This document shows positions 1 to 12,977 of a stretch of 64,000 nucleotides of DNA, one piece after another; position 1 is the stretch's first letter; the number at the start of each line of letters is the position of its first letter. Position numbers and translations under genes: made by a program. Below the pieces are notes generated by a model that searched no databases, had not been told where the DNA came from, and was given only the letters and a program-made list of their open reading frames with translations. This DNA comes from Harriotta raleighana (taxonomy: Eukaryota): NCBI GenBank assembly GCA_050575255.1, contig JBNZDD010013700.1, positions 6,189,396 through 6,253,395 on the forward strand, in the 5' to 3' direction.

Positions 1-189
1 CAATCTCTGATCATCAGTGAATTTACTAGCCTTGTGTTGTGAGCTCCTTATGATAATTTCACATTATAATCACACATCACCAAGAAGAGTGAATACACCA
101 ACCAGCAGGGAATAAAATATGTTCACTTGCCAAGGTCAATAAATTTATTGAGAATCAGCTTTTGATAAATAATATATAATATAATGATA

Positions 190-497
190 TAATAATCCTT
201 GCATTTGATATAGCGCTTTTCACTTCTTATCGACATCCCAAAGTGCTTCACAGAAATAAAGTAAATTGACTGAATATTTGTGGGCGGAACGCGGCAGTCA
301 ATTGCCACAGCAGTGTCCCACAAACAGTCATGGATTGAAATGATCAATTTTATTATTGTGTTTTTTTTGAACGGATTATTATTAGGCATGTTGAGTAAGG
401 AAACTTGCCCAAGGGTTTGCCCTAATCTGCCTGGATTAGAACACAGGTCTCATGCTTATAAAGCAAGTGGTCTAACCACTGAGCCACAGGAGCTCCA
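190..497 (-). mobile_element. tRNA-derived SINE with Deu-like core
   Basis: On the minus strand: a tRNA-like head (gctcctgtggctcagtggttagacc), the core tttgtgggacactgctgtg, and the tail tatcaaatgcaaggattatta. Confidence 0.8.
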
Positions 498-754
498 CAA
501 AGAAGGTGGTTGATGAACAGTAGCAATCACATTTATTTAAAGTTATCCCTTAATGTAAAATAATAATAATAAACAATCCTTGCATTTGACATAGCACTTA
601 ATCAGGTCTTTGAGACCTCTCTAAGTGCTAAGTTTGTAAAGTGAATTGAATTTATTTTGTGGGAGAAACGTGGCAGCCAATTGAGCACAACCAGTGTCCC
701 ACAAACAGTCATGGATTGAGTGACCAAATTATTATTATTTTTTGAAAGGTATTA

Positions 755-1975
755 CACAACAACAACAAAATTACATTTGTAAAGCACCTTTCATGTCGGG
801 AGGACGTCCCAAGGTGCTGAACAGTCGGGGATCAGGACCCTAGTGTGGGAGACAGGGTTAGAATGAGGGAGGGCAAAGAGTTAGAAGGGCGGCTGAAGGC
901 ACAGTCAAAAGGAGGGTCTTGAGTTATGCCTTGGAGGAGGCAAGGGAGGGAGCAAAGCTAACGGATTGTGGGATGTATTTCCAAAGGGTGGGGTAAAAGT
1001 AGATGAAAGCACATCCACCGATGGTAGGGCGGGTTGCGAGGGAGAAATGGAGCAGGGCAAAGCATGCAGAATAAAGGAAGCAGACAGTTGATAGGAGGTT
1101 AGCAGGTGAGAGAGGTAGGAGGGCACAAGGCCATAGAGGAGGAGGATTTTATCCTCTAAGGGATAGGGTGCCAGTGGAGCTGGGCAAGGATGGGGCTGAT
1201 GGGGTCATGAAGCCTGGTGCAGGAGAGGACATGAGCTGCAGAGTTCCAGATGATTTGCAGTTTAAGGAGGAAAGAGTTGGGGAGCCAGACAAGGTGGGAG
1301 ATTCCATAGACATGTCTTGAGGTAACAAATGCATGTATGAGGGTTTTGGCTGTCTGAGGGGTGAGCCAGTGACAGAGTCAGGCACTGTTGCGGAGGTGGG
1401 GGAAGGCAGAGTGGATCATGTCACGGATATCGGAGAGAAAGGACAGATAGGAGTTGAACAAGACACCCAGATTCCTGACTGGCTTGGTGAAGTGGAGTGT
1501 GCATCCATGGATACTGATGTTGCCAGCACCTGAGGTATGGAGGGCATTGGTCTTGCTGACATTTAGCTGTAGAAAGTTGTCTCTCATCCAAGTTGTCTCT
1601 ACAATAGTCTGTCAGGTCATGTTGAGGGTGGAGGCAGAGAGATAGAGTTGGGTGGCATCCATTGTGTGCAAGTTGACAGATGATATCACCAAATGAGAGC
1701 ATGTAGAGGTTGAAGAGGACAGGACTAAGAACACAAGACTGTGCAAGAACTGGAAGACAAATCATTGTTGGAAATAAATTGGAGACGTTGTGGGAGATAA
1801 GACCTGAGATATTCAAGGACAGAAGCTTGAAGATTGAGGTGAGAGGAGAAACGGTGGAAGAGGATGGAGTAGTCCATTGTATCAAAGGCAGTAGAAAGCT
1901 CAAGGCGGACAATGAAGCAGAGGTCACCAATGGACAGGGTATTGTTTGTGTCCTTGACCAGGGCAGTTTCCTTGC
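755..1975 (-). mobile_element. Degenerate 5'-truncated L2-clade LINE
   Basis: (GTT)n tail at ~755-770. RT remnants ETALVK, LELSTAFDTMDY and NFLQLNVSKT lie in broken frames. Confidence 0.85.
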
Positions 1976-2249
1976 TTCGCCTTTGCCTTGCTCCCTCTTC
2001 CTCCATTTTCAGGTTGCACAGGTCTTTGACTGTGCCCATAATAATCATAATAATGTTTGCATTTGATATAGCACTTTCCATGTCTTCTAGATATCTCAAA
2101 ACACCTCACAGAATATACTGTAAATTGAATTAACTGTATATTTGTGGGTTAAACATGGCACACAGCAATATCCCAACAGTCATGGATTGAAGTGACCAAC
2201 TTTTAATTTTTTTTCTTCTTGTGCGATTATCCTATAGCTCTGCCTCCCC

Positions 2250-2792
2250 ACGCCTTCTCTCCACCATCTGCAGATTATCCCAAACTCAGCAGCTCATATC
2301 CTCTTCTGCACCATGATCCGCGTCCCTATCACCCTCACCCGGCTCCACTGGCTCCCCATTCCTCAGAGAATTGAATTCAAAGTCCTTATCTTCACTTTCA
2401 AGGCTCTCCATGGTTCCTCCTACCTCTCTAACCTGCTGACCCTCTATCAACCTGTCTGCTCCCTCCATTCAGTAGGCTCCAGCCTACTCCATTTCTCCAG
2501 CCAACCTGTCCTACCATCAGTGGTCAGGCTTTCAGCCTCTCTGCCCCTAAACTTTGAAACTCCATCCAATAATCTCTTCACCTTACTCCCTCCGTTGCCT
2601 CCTTCAAAACGGGTCTCAAGACCCTCCTCTTCAATCGTGCATTCAATCGACCTATTACTTCTCTGCCCTCTCTCATCCCAATCCTGCCCCTCCCCCCCCA
2701 CTCCTGCTCTGGTCCTAACCCCTGACTGTTCAGCACCTTGGGCCCTCCTCCCGACGTGAAAGGTGCTCTACAATGTAGTTTGTTGTTGTTGT
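2250..2792 (+). mobile_element. L2 LINE 3' fragment
   Basis: LHWLPIPQRIEFKVLIFTFKALHG, followed by a 3' stem-loop and a (GTT)n tail. Confidence 0.85.
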
Positions 2793-3739
2793 ATATGAAA
2801 AATACAAAGTACATACGTTATGGCATTAATCTCCCTTTTCAATCTTTGGGGTTTATGATTCAACTTATCATTCTTCACAGAGCGTAGCAGTATTCCCAAC
2901 AAAGTTTTTTGAGTTATGTTGCAAATACTAAATCGCACCTTTCTTTTGTGCAACAATATCCAGAAGCTCTGTTAACCATGTTTTTAATAAATGTGATCTC
3001 TAAATTGCTCGGATCCTAACTTCTGTTTTCAGCAGGAAAATTGCACTTCTATGGTGAAGACATATGCTACTTATAATTACGTTGCTCCTCATCAACAAGA
3101 AATATATGTGCATCCCTAGGCTACTAACAAAATTGCTAGAATGAGCTTCTGGCTACAAGGCATCAATATGAAATGCACCAACATTATAAGCACGAGGAAG
3201 AAAATGTGAGCAACTGATGAGGCTCCTCCAGGATGTTTTGCATCCAAATAAAGCACATTGTCCGTGGAGCTTAGGTTTCATTTCAAGAAAGGATTAAATG
3301 TATCCAACAGTCACCAGGGGCATGTGTTGGATAGTTTGATTGCCATTTCGAAATGATAGCTGTGCGTACAGATGTGCACTTTTGTAGAGCACCATGCTTG
3401 TTACACCCCAGAAATGAAGTCTCCTCATCACCACGGCTTGCTGCAGGCCAAGGAATTCTATAATAAATGTTCAAAAGCTTCAGAAGCAGAATAGATCAGC
3501 CAACTAATTGCATGATACTCTGCCCATGTAGAACAATAAAATATAGATTAAAACATGTAAAAATGTAGGGACACTTGTGAATGTGTTTGTTGTAAATAAA
3601 GCAAGAGGCAAAGCATAATTTTGATTCCTTACTTTCTCAATAACTAGAACAATTTTTCATCACGATCAAGTGTCAGAAGACAATATTGAAAATCATGCTG
3701 GCTGAATCAAAACAAGTAATAATGCAAGTATTACCAGCC

Positions 3740-5345
3740 ATTTCTTCACAATGATAATAAATGGGAGAACAAACAGAAAGCCTTGCTGGAGGAGATGGTT
3801 TGAAGAACAGTGTGATTTGTATGATATAAATGGAAGGGGTTCAGTAATGACAGCTGTTTTGAAGGCAATGGAAACCATTGTATTGGTGAGGTGGGGAGTG
3901 GGTGGGAGCAGCCATGGCAGAGGCAGCAGAGGTGATCTAAATTTTTGATGTAAGAAAGTCCATCATCTCCTCGCATTTGGAGTTGGAGGACAGGATGAGC
4001 AAGACATGGGAGCATGGGTGAAGAAACCTATTTGTGTTGGAGAAAAGCAACCTGGGATTGTCTCCAGGATTATCCAGGAATAGAGAGAAGATTTAGCTGA
4101 AGCAAGGAAAGAATACATGGTCTTAGTGCAGTCCAGACAAATCCGGCCATGGACCATTGGGTTGGATTTGAGCCAGGTCGATTCACCGGCACCTACCTGT
4201 GACTTGCGGAAGCAGAGGTGATTGGTGTACCAGAAGGATTGGTGAGAGTAGGAAGCTGAGTGAGTGGTGATGGGTGAAAAGGTGTCAAGGATATTAGTGA
4301 GAGCGTGGTGAAGGAGGGTGAACAAGGAAGTAAAGTCACTTGGGAAGAGGTCCAGAATGCAGGAGTTCAAATGATTTAAGAGCAGCAGAGAAGCATACAC
4401 ATGGATGCGGATGACACCTAACTCTATCTTTCTGTCTCTGCCCTCGATTCCATGACCACTGCTGGCCTGACAAACTGCCTGTCAGACATCAAGTCCTGGA
4501 TGAGAGCCAGCTTTCTACAATTGAATGTCAACAAGACCGAAACCCTCCTGATTGGTTCATGCCAGCACCTTCACACATCAGGCATTGGCAGCATCAACCT
4601 CCATGGTTGCATACTCCACCTCACCAAGCCAGTCAGGAATCTAGGTGTCTTGTTCAATCCTTATATGTCTTTCCTCCCCCAAATCCAAGCCATGACCCAC
4701 TCTGCCTTCCCTCACCTCTGCAACATTGACTACACCACTACCTCACCCTTCAGGCCCTAAAACTCTCATTCATGCCTTCATCACATCCAGAATCAACTAT
4801 GCCAATGCCCTGCTTGTCGGCCTTCCTAATTCCTCCCTGCATAGGTTGCAGATAACCTAGAACTATGGCCCATGTCCTCTACCGCTCCAAGCTCTGTGAG
4901 CCCATCTCCCCCATTCTCGCCCGACTCCGTTGGCTCCCTATCACCCAGAGGATGCAGTTCAAGATCCTGATCCTCACCTTCAAAGACTTCCATGGCCTTG
5001 CCACACTCCATCTCTCTACCAACCTGCACATGCCCTCCGCTCAACAGGCTCCGGCCTGTTCCATGTGCCCCAACCCACCCACCCCACCATCAGCAGATGA
5101 GCCTTCAACCATTCTACCCCTAACCTCTTGAATTCCATCCCCAAATCCCTCCACTTAGCCCTCTACCTAGCCTCCCACAAGTTCCACCTTAAGATCCTCT
5201 TCTTTGATGGTTCCATCGGTCATCCCAAATCCCTTTCTTTCCTTCCACTTGCCCCAACCCAGCTCGAGGCTGAAACATTGACTGTTCAGTGCCTTGGGAT
5301 GTCCCCCTGACATGAAAGGCACTATACAAATGTAATTTTGTTGTT
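3740..5345. mobile_element. L2 LINE with inverted 5' part (minus ~3740-4400, plus ~4400-5345)
   Basis: The minus part encodes linker-region remnants (WYTNHL, FKTAVIT). The plus part runs from ADDT through SFLQLNVNKTE and LRWLPI to the tail. Confidence 0.75.
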
Positions 5346-6534
5346 ATTTTAGAGGCAATTGTTTTCCAGTGGCTAAAGGAGATGAAATTGGGTTGGTGGC
5401 AGGGAGTGGGTTGAAGTGAGATATTCATAGAAGGGGAAGGTTACAGAGGTGTGAAAGGATACACCAAGTGGTGATCTGGAGATGAGAGTCGCACCAGTTG
5501 GGTCATGAGGTATAGCTGACAGATGTAACCAAATGGGGTAGCTTCAGTGAGAGGGAAGATGTCAAGGGGTAATTCACATTTTGGTGAGAATGAGGATCTG
5601 AGTTTTTCCAGATCCTCATTCTACAGAAAACTATTGAGTGGAGCGGAATGAATACATTTTAAAAAATTGATGAAAACAATTTTGATTTTAAACCAAGATA
5701 ATCAATAGAATAGGTTCAGTAGGGACAAATAGTATCCCATTTAGTTACAATTTGTATGATGCTATGATCCATGATTTGTGAACCTAATTCAATTCACACT
5801 TTTGTAAACAGAACATATGTTTTTTTCTCTATCTGTGTATTGAATCTTCTGAAAACTAGATAAATTAGAACAACAACTATAATAATACAGTAATAACTAT
5901 TAATAATCCTTGCATTCGATGAAGTGTTTTTCACATGTTCTAGGCATCCAAAAGTACTTCACAGAATATACTGTAAAGTGAACCAGGTCTCTCACTTGCA
6001 AAGCTAGTGCTCCAACCATTGAGCTATAGGGCACAAGCTCAAGGACTACTTTTGAATAAACTTTTATAAAATTGAAAGCAATTTTGTGCAGCAATATATC
6101 AAAACATTACCATGGACCCTATTCTGGGTATTCTTAAACTTCTTAAATTTATTATGTTAAATTTCTAACAAATTCTGTGTTAACCTTAAACATTATGTCT
6201 TGAAAAATGAACTTGAAAAAGTGTCTGATTAGCAAAAGGCACATGTTTGTAACTATTTTCTTTGCTTCCTTCCCAAGTGAATTTTAAATTGGTATTGTGT
6301 GGGCTTGATTTTTTAATTAAAGGCAGGGCAGATTGATGTTAGTGTCATCGTTCAAGGTCTTCAAATAATGAAGGAAGTTGATAATGTTGGGGGTGATTTA
6401 TAGGGTTCAGCTCTGAAGACAAGACACAGATTCAGAAGCTTGAATTAACAAGACATTCGTTTTACATAAAAAAGTCAAGAATTTGAACAGATTGCCTTGC
6501 CATTTGTTTCCTTTAAAGATGAATTGAAGTTTTC

Positions 6535-6660
6535 TATAGAGAGAAATTTAGATTGATATAGATTTACTTGTAGAAAATTGCAGTGATATAGATTTATGTA
6601 CAGAGAGAAATGCAGAATTGTATAGTTTTATGTATAGATAAATTCCAAGAGATACAGAAT
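6535..6660 (+). repeat. Degenerate ~31-bp AT-rich minisatellite, resuming at ~9055-9200
   Basis: Recurring atagatttatgtatagagaaatgcaga-like units on both sides of the L2 insertions. Confidence 0.55.
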
Positions 6661-6664
6661 CATC

Positions 6665-6868
6665 AACAACTACAACTTGGATTTATATCCCCCACCCCCC
6701 TCATCCCCCAACTCCAGACGGCGTTTCAGAGTGCTTCAAAATAACGGATTCCGGGACTGAGCAGGGGCAGGCGTAGAAAGGTGACCAAAGGCACGGTCAA
6801 AGAGAAAGGTCTTTAGCTGGGACCTGAAACTGGGAAGAGAGGGGGCGAGGTTAAGGGAGTGAGTTCAT
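6665..6868 (-). mobile_element. Short L2 3'-end copy, same subfamily as 6902-9055
   Basis: Shares cggat(t/c)ccgggac...gaaaggtgaccaaaggc...gacctgaaactgggaagagagggggcgaggt with 6970-7080. Confidence 0.8.
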
Positions 6869-6901
6869 ATAAAGAGTAATGTTGTAATTTAGATTTATGT
6901 A

Positions 6902-9055
6902 TAACAACAACAACTTAAATTTATATAGCGCCCTCCACGCAGGATTGCGTCTCAGAGCACTTCACAATAGCGGATCCCGGGACCAAGCCAGGGGCAGGGG
7001 CAGAAAGGTGACCAAAGGCGCGGTCGAAGAGAAAGGTTTTCAGCTGTGACCTGAAACTGGGAAGAGAGGGGGCGAGGTGAAGGGAGTGAGGAAGGGAGTT
7101 CCAGAGCCTCGGAGCATAGAGGCTGAAGGCACGGCCGCTGAGGGTGGGGCGGAGGACTTGGGGGACATATAGGAGGCCAGACCCAGAGGAGCGAAGGCAG
7201 TGGGTGCTGGTTTGGGGAGAGAAGATCAGAGAGATAGGGGGGTGCAGAGGAGTGGAGGGATTTGAAAACAAGGGTGAGAATCTTGAAGGTCGATCCTCTC
7301 TGGGATAGTGAGCCAGTGAAGTCTGGCAAGAACTGGGGTAATGGGGGAGTGAAGCTTGGAGCAGGTGAGTATTCGGGCGGCAGAATTTTGGATTAGCTAG
7401 ATTTTGTGGATTGTGGTGGAGGGGAGACCGGAGAGGAGGGAGTTGCAATAGTCCAGCCGAGAGGTGACAAAGGCATGGACCAAGGTTTCAGCGGCTTTTG
7501 GACACGGGCGATCCGTCAGAGGTGGTAGAAGGCAGTGCTGGTAATGGACCAGATATGGGGGAGGATGGACAGTTGGGGGTAGAAACTGATGCCTAGATTG
7601 AGCACCAGTTCAGAGAGTTTTAGGGGCAGGCCGGGAAGGTGGAGGAGGTGAGAGCCGTGTGAATGGAGACGTTGATGAGAGCCAAGGAGTATAGCCTCCG
7701 TCTTGTCAACATTCAGCTGCAAGAAATTTGAGCTCATCCAGCCCCTAATGTCTGAAAGGAAGGCTGACAGAACATCAGGGGACTGGGGGTCGCAAAATGA
7801 AGTGGAGAAATATAGTTGCGTGTCATCCGCACACATGTGGAAATGTGCCCCATGTCTGCGGATGACATCCCCAAGATGGAGCATATAGATAAGGAAAAGG
7901 AGGGGGCCAAGGATGGATCCCTGGGGTAGCCCTCAGGTAACTGGGTAAGAGCAGAAGGAAAAACCGTTTGTGGAGATATACTGCTGGCGGTTTGTGAGGT
8001 AGGACTCGATCCAGGCGAGTGTGGTCCCACTGAGGTGGATGACGGAGGACAGGTGGTGGAGGAGGATGGCGTGATCGACTGTGTTGAACACAGCCAGCAG
8101 GTCCAGGAGGATAAGGAGGCAGAGGGAGCCCTGGTCACAGATAGAGAGGACGTCGTTTGTGACTTTCACTAGCGCCATCTCTGTACTGTGGGCAGGGCGG
8201 AAACCAGACTGGAAGGATTCGAAGAGGGAGTGGGAGGAGAGGTGGGCGCGGAGTTGGTTTGCAACAACATGTTCCAGTGCTTTTGAAAGGAAGAGCAGGT
8301 TAGAAATAGGGCGGTAGTGGCTGGGGTTTGAGGGATCTAGGGAAGGTTTTTTAAGGAGGTGGGTGACGACAGCAGTTTTGAGGGGGGCAGGGACTGATCC
8401 GGTGGAGAGGGACTGGTTGATGATATCAGCCAGCAGTGGGCAGAGGAGGGGGAGCTGGGTGAGTAGTAGGTTAGTGGGGATGGGATCGAGGCAGCAGGTT
8501 GTTGGCCTCATAGAGGTGAGAGTGCATGAGAGGGAGGAAGGAGAGATGGGGGAGAAGGAGTGTAGGAAGGGGGTTGAGGTAGGAGCTGAAGGTGGGGGGT
8601 TGAGGGGGAGTGGGGTGGGGGTGGTAGTGGGTGACAAGAGGCTGGAGGATGATGCTGCCTGGCGGATATTGTGGACCTTGGAAGAAAAGAAATCCATGAC
8701 CTCCTCACACTTCGCAGTTGAAGTGAAGATTCAGGAGGCCTGAGGGGGTGCGGAGTGGAGGTGGTGGGTGGTGGAAAAGAGGACTTTAGGGTTGTTGTTT
8801 GCCTCCAGGATGATATTGGAATAGTAAGCCGTTTTTGCTTGATGCAAGGAACGGCGGTAGCTGTGGAAATGCTCGAGCCACAGTTGGTGGTGAACTGTGA
8901 GGCCGGTTTTCTGCCACCTGCGCTCGAGCAGCCGGGTTTGGCATTTGACGATGCGGAGATGAGTGTTGTACCAGGGGGAGTGGGTGGGGTTGGAAATAGA
9001 CCTGGATTTCAGGGGGACAAGAGAGTTGAAGGTGGAGGAGAGGTGAACATGGAGC
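6902..9055 (-). mobile_element. Relatively young 5'-truncated L2 LINE (ORF2 RT, few disruptions)
   Basis: YRPISNLLFLSKALE, FQSGFRPAHSTEMALVKVTND, LLDLLAVFNTVDH, ADDTQLY and [11 protein letters not shown]; ends in a (GTT)n tail. Confidence 0.93.
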
Positions 9056-11392
9056 AGAGATAAATAGAGATATATATTAGATAAATATAATAAATAGAGA
9101 TAAATGCAGAATTATACAGATTCATGTATAGAGGAATTCAGAGTGCTACAGGTTTAATGTATTGAGGAATGCCAAGGGATACAGATGTTTGCATAGAGAT
9201 ATACAAATTGAGTAAATGCTAGGTTTAAATTTGGGGTTAGAATCCACTTTCTGTGTTTCGAGACATGACCTGTGAGAAGCACGCTATGTAAAGTCATTGC
9301 TTTGTTGCATTAGTAATTGTAGGTGATAGTTTTAATGCTCATGACTGAGAAAAGCTCATTAAACTAGGTGACCTCTTCTGATCATCTAAACCATGGTTTT
9401 AGTTTCTTTAATGGAAGCCTGAACACAACCAAATAATTAGCAGGATAGAAAAAAATACCATTATAAATATTTCATGGAAAGACAAAGTACAAAGAATATT
9501 TAAAATCATATGAATGAAAGATAGATATTCCTTATTTACTTTGGTATTTCACTAAGCCACTTTGAATTGATTATCCATCCTTCAACAAGCTTCCCCCAAA
9601 TGGTTTGTTTACTCAGACTTCCCACTAGAGGATAGTTCATTACCACAGGCTGTGTTTAAAGGAATATTTCCAAGTATGATTTTGAAAAAAAAAGGCAGCT
9701 TTCGGTATGGTTGAAGGCTTGGGTGGTGAAAATATAAATCACTCCCAAATTTTGTTCAGAATCATTTAATGCCAATTTACTATTTGTGCACAAGAATTTT
9801 CTCTATCGGTAAATCCTTTCTCTAATTCAATCACATTAAAAAAACTGTGTCTGGAATTGTTGAGGACTCTTCCGTTTCAAATACAAGGAGAGAACTATGC
9901 TCAGAGTGCTGGAAAAACTTAGTGGGGGTGAGGGTAAACACACATCAAAGTTAACTAGGATATCAGGTGCAGATGTGCAGCTATTTAAAGACAAAATGTA
10001 TCCCAGACGCACCGGATTTTATCAATCATAATGTTTATTCAATTGAATTTCTCTTTGTTTGGTGTCTTCTGAGCTGAGTGAGCAAACAGTAGACTGTGAT
10101 GTGCCATCCGGCATCCATTCTGTACTTAGACATTGTTGAGGAATGGAATCAAAATCAGAGCAAATGCAAGCGCAGACTTTCTTTGGAAGCAAGCGTGCAC
10201 TGATACAAGTGATTTTTAAAAATATTGTTTAGGGTTTTCAAATTATGAGAAGATTTTTAAAGAATTATTATTGTTTTGTTTAATGTAAAACTAAATGCAG
10301 AAGTGTTGTTAAGATGCATTTTTGATACCTCAAAGAATTGTTTTTATTCTGATATATTTCTACCCTTGCAATTTTCTCTGGTTCCACGAGAGATTTGATA
10401 TAGTGCTTTATCACATCTTTGAGACATCTCAAAGAGCTTCACAGAATACTGCATACCTCAAATTGAATTAACTATATATTTTGTGATGTTTTTCTCATCT
10501 ATAACCCACACGGGATTAGGCCAATTATACAGCACTGTGCTTCTCAGATGGCTGAGATCACCTTATTCAGTTCAGAATATGCAACAAAATGTGGACCTTC
10601 CAAGCCAGTGTGGTCTAAAATGCTGTTCACTAACACTCACAAAGGTCTGCGATTATGATAGGAAATCTAATTGAACAAAAATTTCACCAGTGCTGAAGAA
10701 ACACACATGTTGCATATCTTGGTGACACGGTTGGTTATACAAGTAACCAAGAAATTTCCAGAGTGTTCCAGCGAATGGTTACTGATGCATACCAACCATC
10801 AGCCTAGTTCAGAAGTTCCATGTAAGCCTGACAAAGTTTTAAATGCGTGGATGTTTTATGCTTTTTAGTGCCACAAATCGTTATCTCAATTTTACTCATA
10901 GTCCCTGGGCCTCTCAGGGAGCCAATCCACCATTGGTATTGATGTACAGTTTTATTACTTTAAGATCCCCTGACTCACAAGAACACTTACTACAATGCCA
11001 ATTGCATGGTGACACTAATGTAAGAAGCCCTGACTGAAACAAACAACGAGCATGCTGGCTTTACAGCATTTCAGCACAACAGCAGCACACAGATTGACTA
11101 TTGCCCCATTTCTAACATGGAAGAAGTTACTGTATGTTCATTTCAGCCATGTCTGCTCATGTGAAGCTGCAGTTAGTGGAACTCAAAGTGATTGGATTAT
11201 CCAATAACTCCATTCCAATTTATAATGACATTTTAATGATGTCACGAAGTGAAATATTTAACACAAATCAGTCTCCATGCTCCACCGTCCTGCAAATTTT
11301 AATTATTCAAACCTTTGCACAGTGAATGTGCCCTGTAGTTTGATAGAATCTATATGCTGTACATTTAGTGCAGAATCCTCTTTACGCAAGTA

Positions 11393-11996
11393 CAATAAAA
11401 GCCTGTTTATCCGTGACTCGATGAACTGGAAAACCCGTTGAACTGGAACCTCAAAATAAAAGTCCCGATTCGATAAACCGGAAGTTAACCAGCAGAATAG
11501 TGATGACATATTTAATTAATCGATTGTCACATGAGAGTACTGGTGCAGGTATTTTGGTTGGCCACTAAACTCGCTCTTGCCATTTTTAAAAAACTCGCAC
11601 TGCTGTTTTGTTTTCCTCCCATGGCCACCATTGCAGAAGTTAAGTATAAATAATAAAGCACTAATACAATATTCTGTTATTATAGTATCTGTTATTAGTG
11701 TATTTAGTCTATTATTTATATAGTATTGTTTAAAATTGACAATAAAGTAGCCATACAATATTCTGTTATTACAGGACCTGTTATTACTGTATTTACTCTA
11801 TTATTTATATGGTACAGTGTACAACATTTACAACAAAATACCCATACAATATTGTTATTATCTGATATTATTTCATCTATTATTAATATGGTACATGTTA
11901 AAATAATAAAAATATATATTTTTTAAGTTCAATCAGAAAACAGTTTAACCACCACTGGCCAGGTCCCGTGAGTGCCGGATGAATGGGCTTTTACTG
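11393..11996. mobile_element. Tc1/mariner (Tigger/pogo-type) MITE
   Basis: TA|CAATAAAAGCCTGTTTATCCG ... CGGATGAATGGGCTTTTACTG|TA: imperfect TIRs and a TA TSD, with a non-coding AT-rich interior. Confidence 0.8.
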
Positions 11997-12174
11997 TACT
12001 TTTATTTGGCTCAAGAGATTTTAACCTTGAAATCTTTAAGCTAAAAGTTCAGTGTAAGAGTTCTAAAAAAAAGTTGTGAGCAAAAGGCAAGTCATACATG
12101 TGTAATGGTGCTTTACAATAAGCATAGAAACATAAAAAATATTCAAGTCTCTCTGGCTCAGATATTCTGTGCGT

Positions 12175-12665
12175 CAGCCTAGCGCAGCAGTAACACGCTT
12201 ACCGCTGAGTCAGAAGGTTATGGGTTCAAGCTCTCTTCGGGACTTCAGGAATCACAGTCTAAGATGATATCTCAATGGAGTGCTAGGAGTGCGTTATATT
12301 ATCAGAGGTGCCGTCTTCCACATGAGATGTTAAGCTGAGCTCCCACCCTCCTGTTCAACAACAACACAACAAAATTACAATTTATAGAGCGCCTTTTGCA
12401 TCTGGAGGATGTTCAAGGCGTTCAGGTGGATGACATGGCATTATTTGAAAAGAGAAGGGCATTTCTCCCAGTGTACTAGCTAAGAAACACACCCAAATAA
12501 AATTGGGCACTTACTCCTTGACTGGTGGTGGGACATTGCTTTGCAAAACTGGCTGCTGTGTTTCACTGCCAAAATACACAATCCATTTTACAGTATATCC
12601 TGTGAAGTGCTTTGAGACATCTCAATGACATAAGAAGAACCTAAATAAAATTCAACAATTATTAA
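12175..12665 (+). mobile_element. Old long-form DeuSINE (SacSINE1/AmnSINE1-like) with a nested ~65-bp L2 tail
   Basis: tRNA-like head (tgagtcagaaggttatgggttcaagc), then ggtgccgtcttc...gagatgttaa, gttcaggtggatg and gtgggacattgct. Confidence 0.7.
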
Positions 12666-12977
12666 TGATGATTAATATTCATATTAATATTCATTCTAAT
12701 ATCCTAAGTTACTCCAAATATTCAGAACTGTTATTATTTCCTCTTTCAAGGCCGGTCTCCAGACCTTTCTCTTCAACCGTGCCTTCAACTCCCCTCTCGA
12801 GTCTCTACCCCCTCCTTGCTCCCACCCTTCCCCCCACTCGCCCTGAACATTTTCCCTTGCTCGGGTCCTGAACCAATCTGTCCAGCGCCTTGGGACGTCC
12901 TCCTGACGTGAAACGCGCTCTATAAGTGTAATTTTGTTGTTGTTGTTGTATATTACTTGAATTTAGTAATACTTAAC

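Noticed and set aside
7933-8697. Functional or domesticated reverse transcriptase
   Set aside because: The element is 5'-truncated, the frame is broken and the catalytic motif reads CADD. It is an ordinary dead L2 copy.
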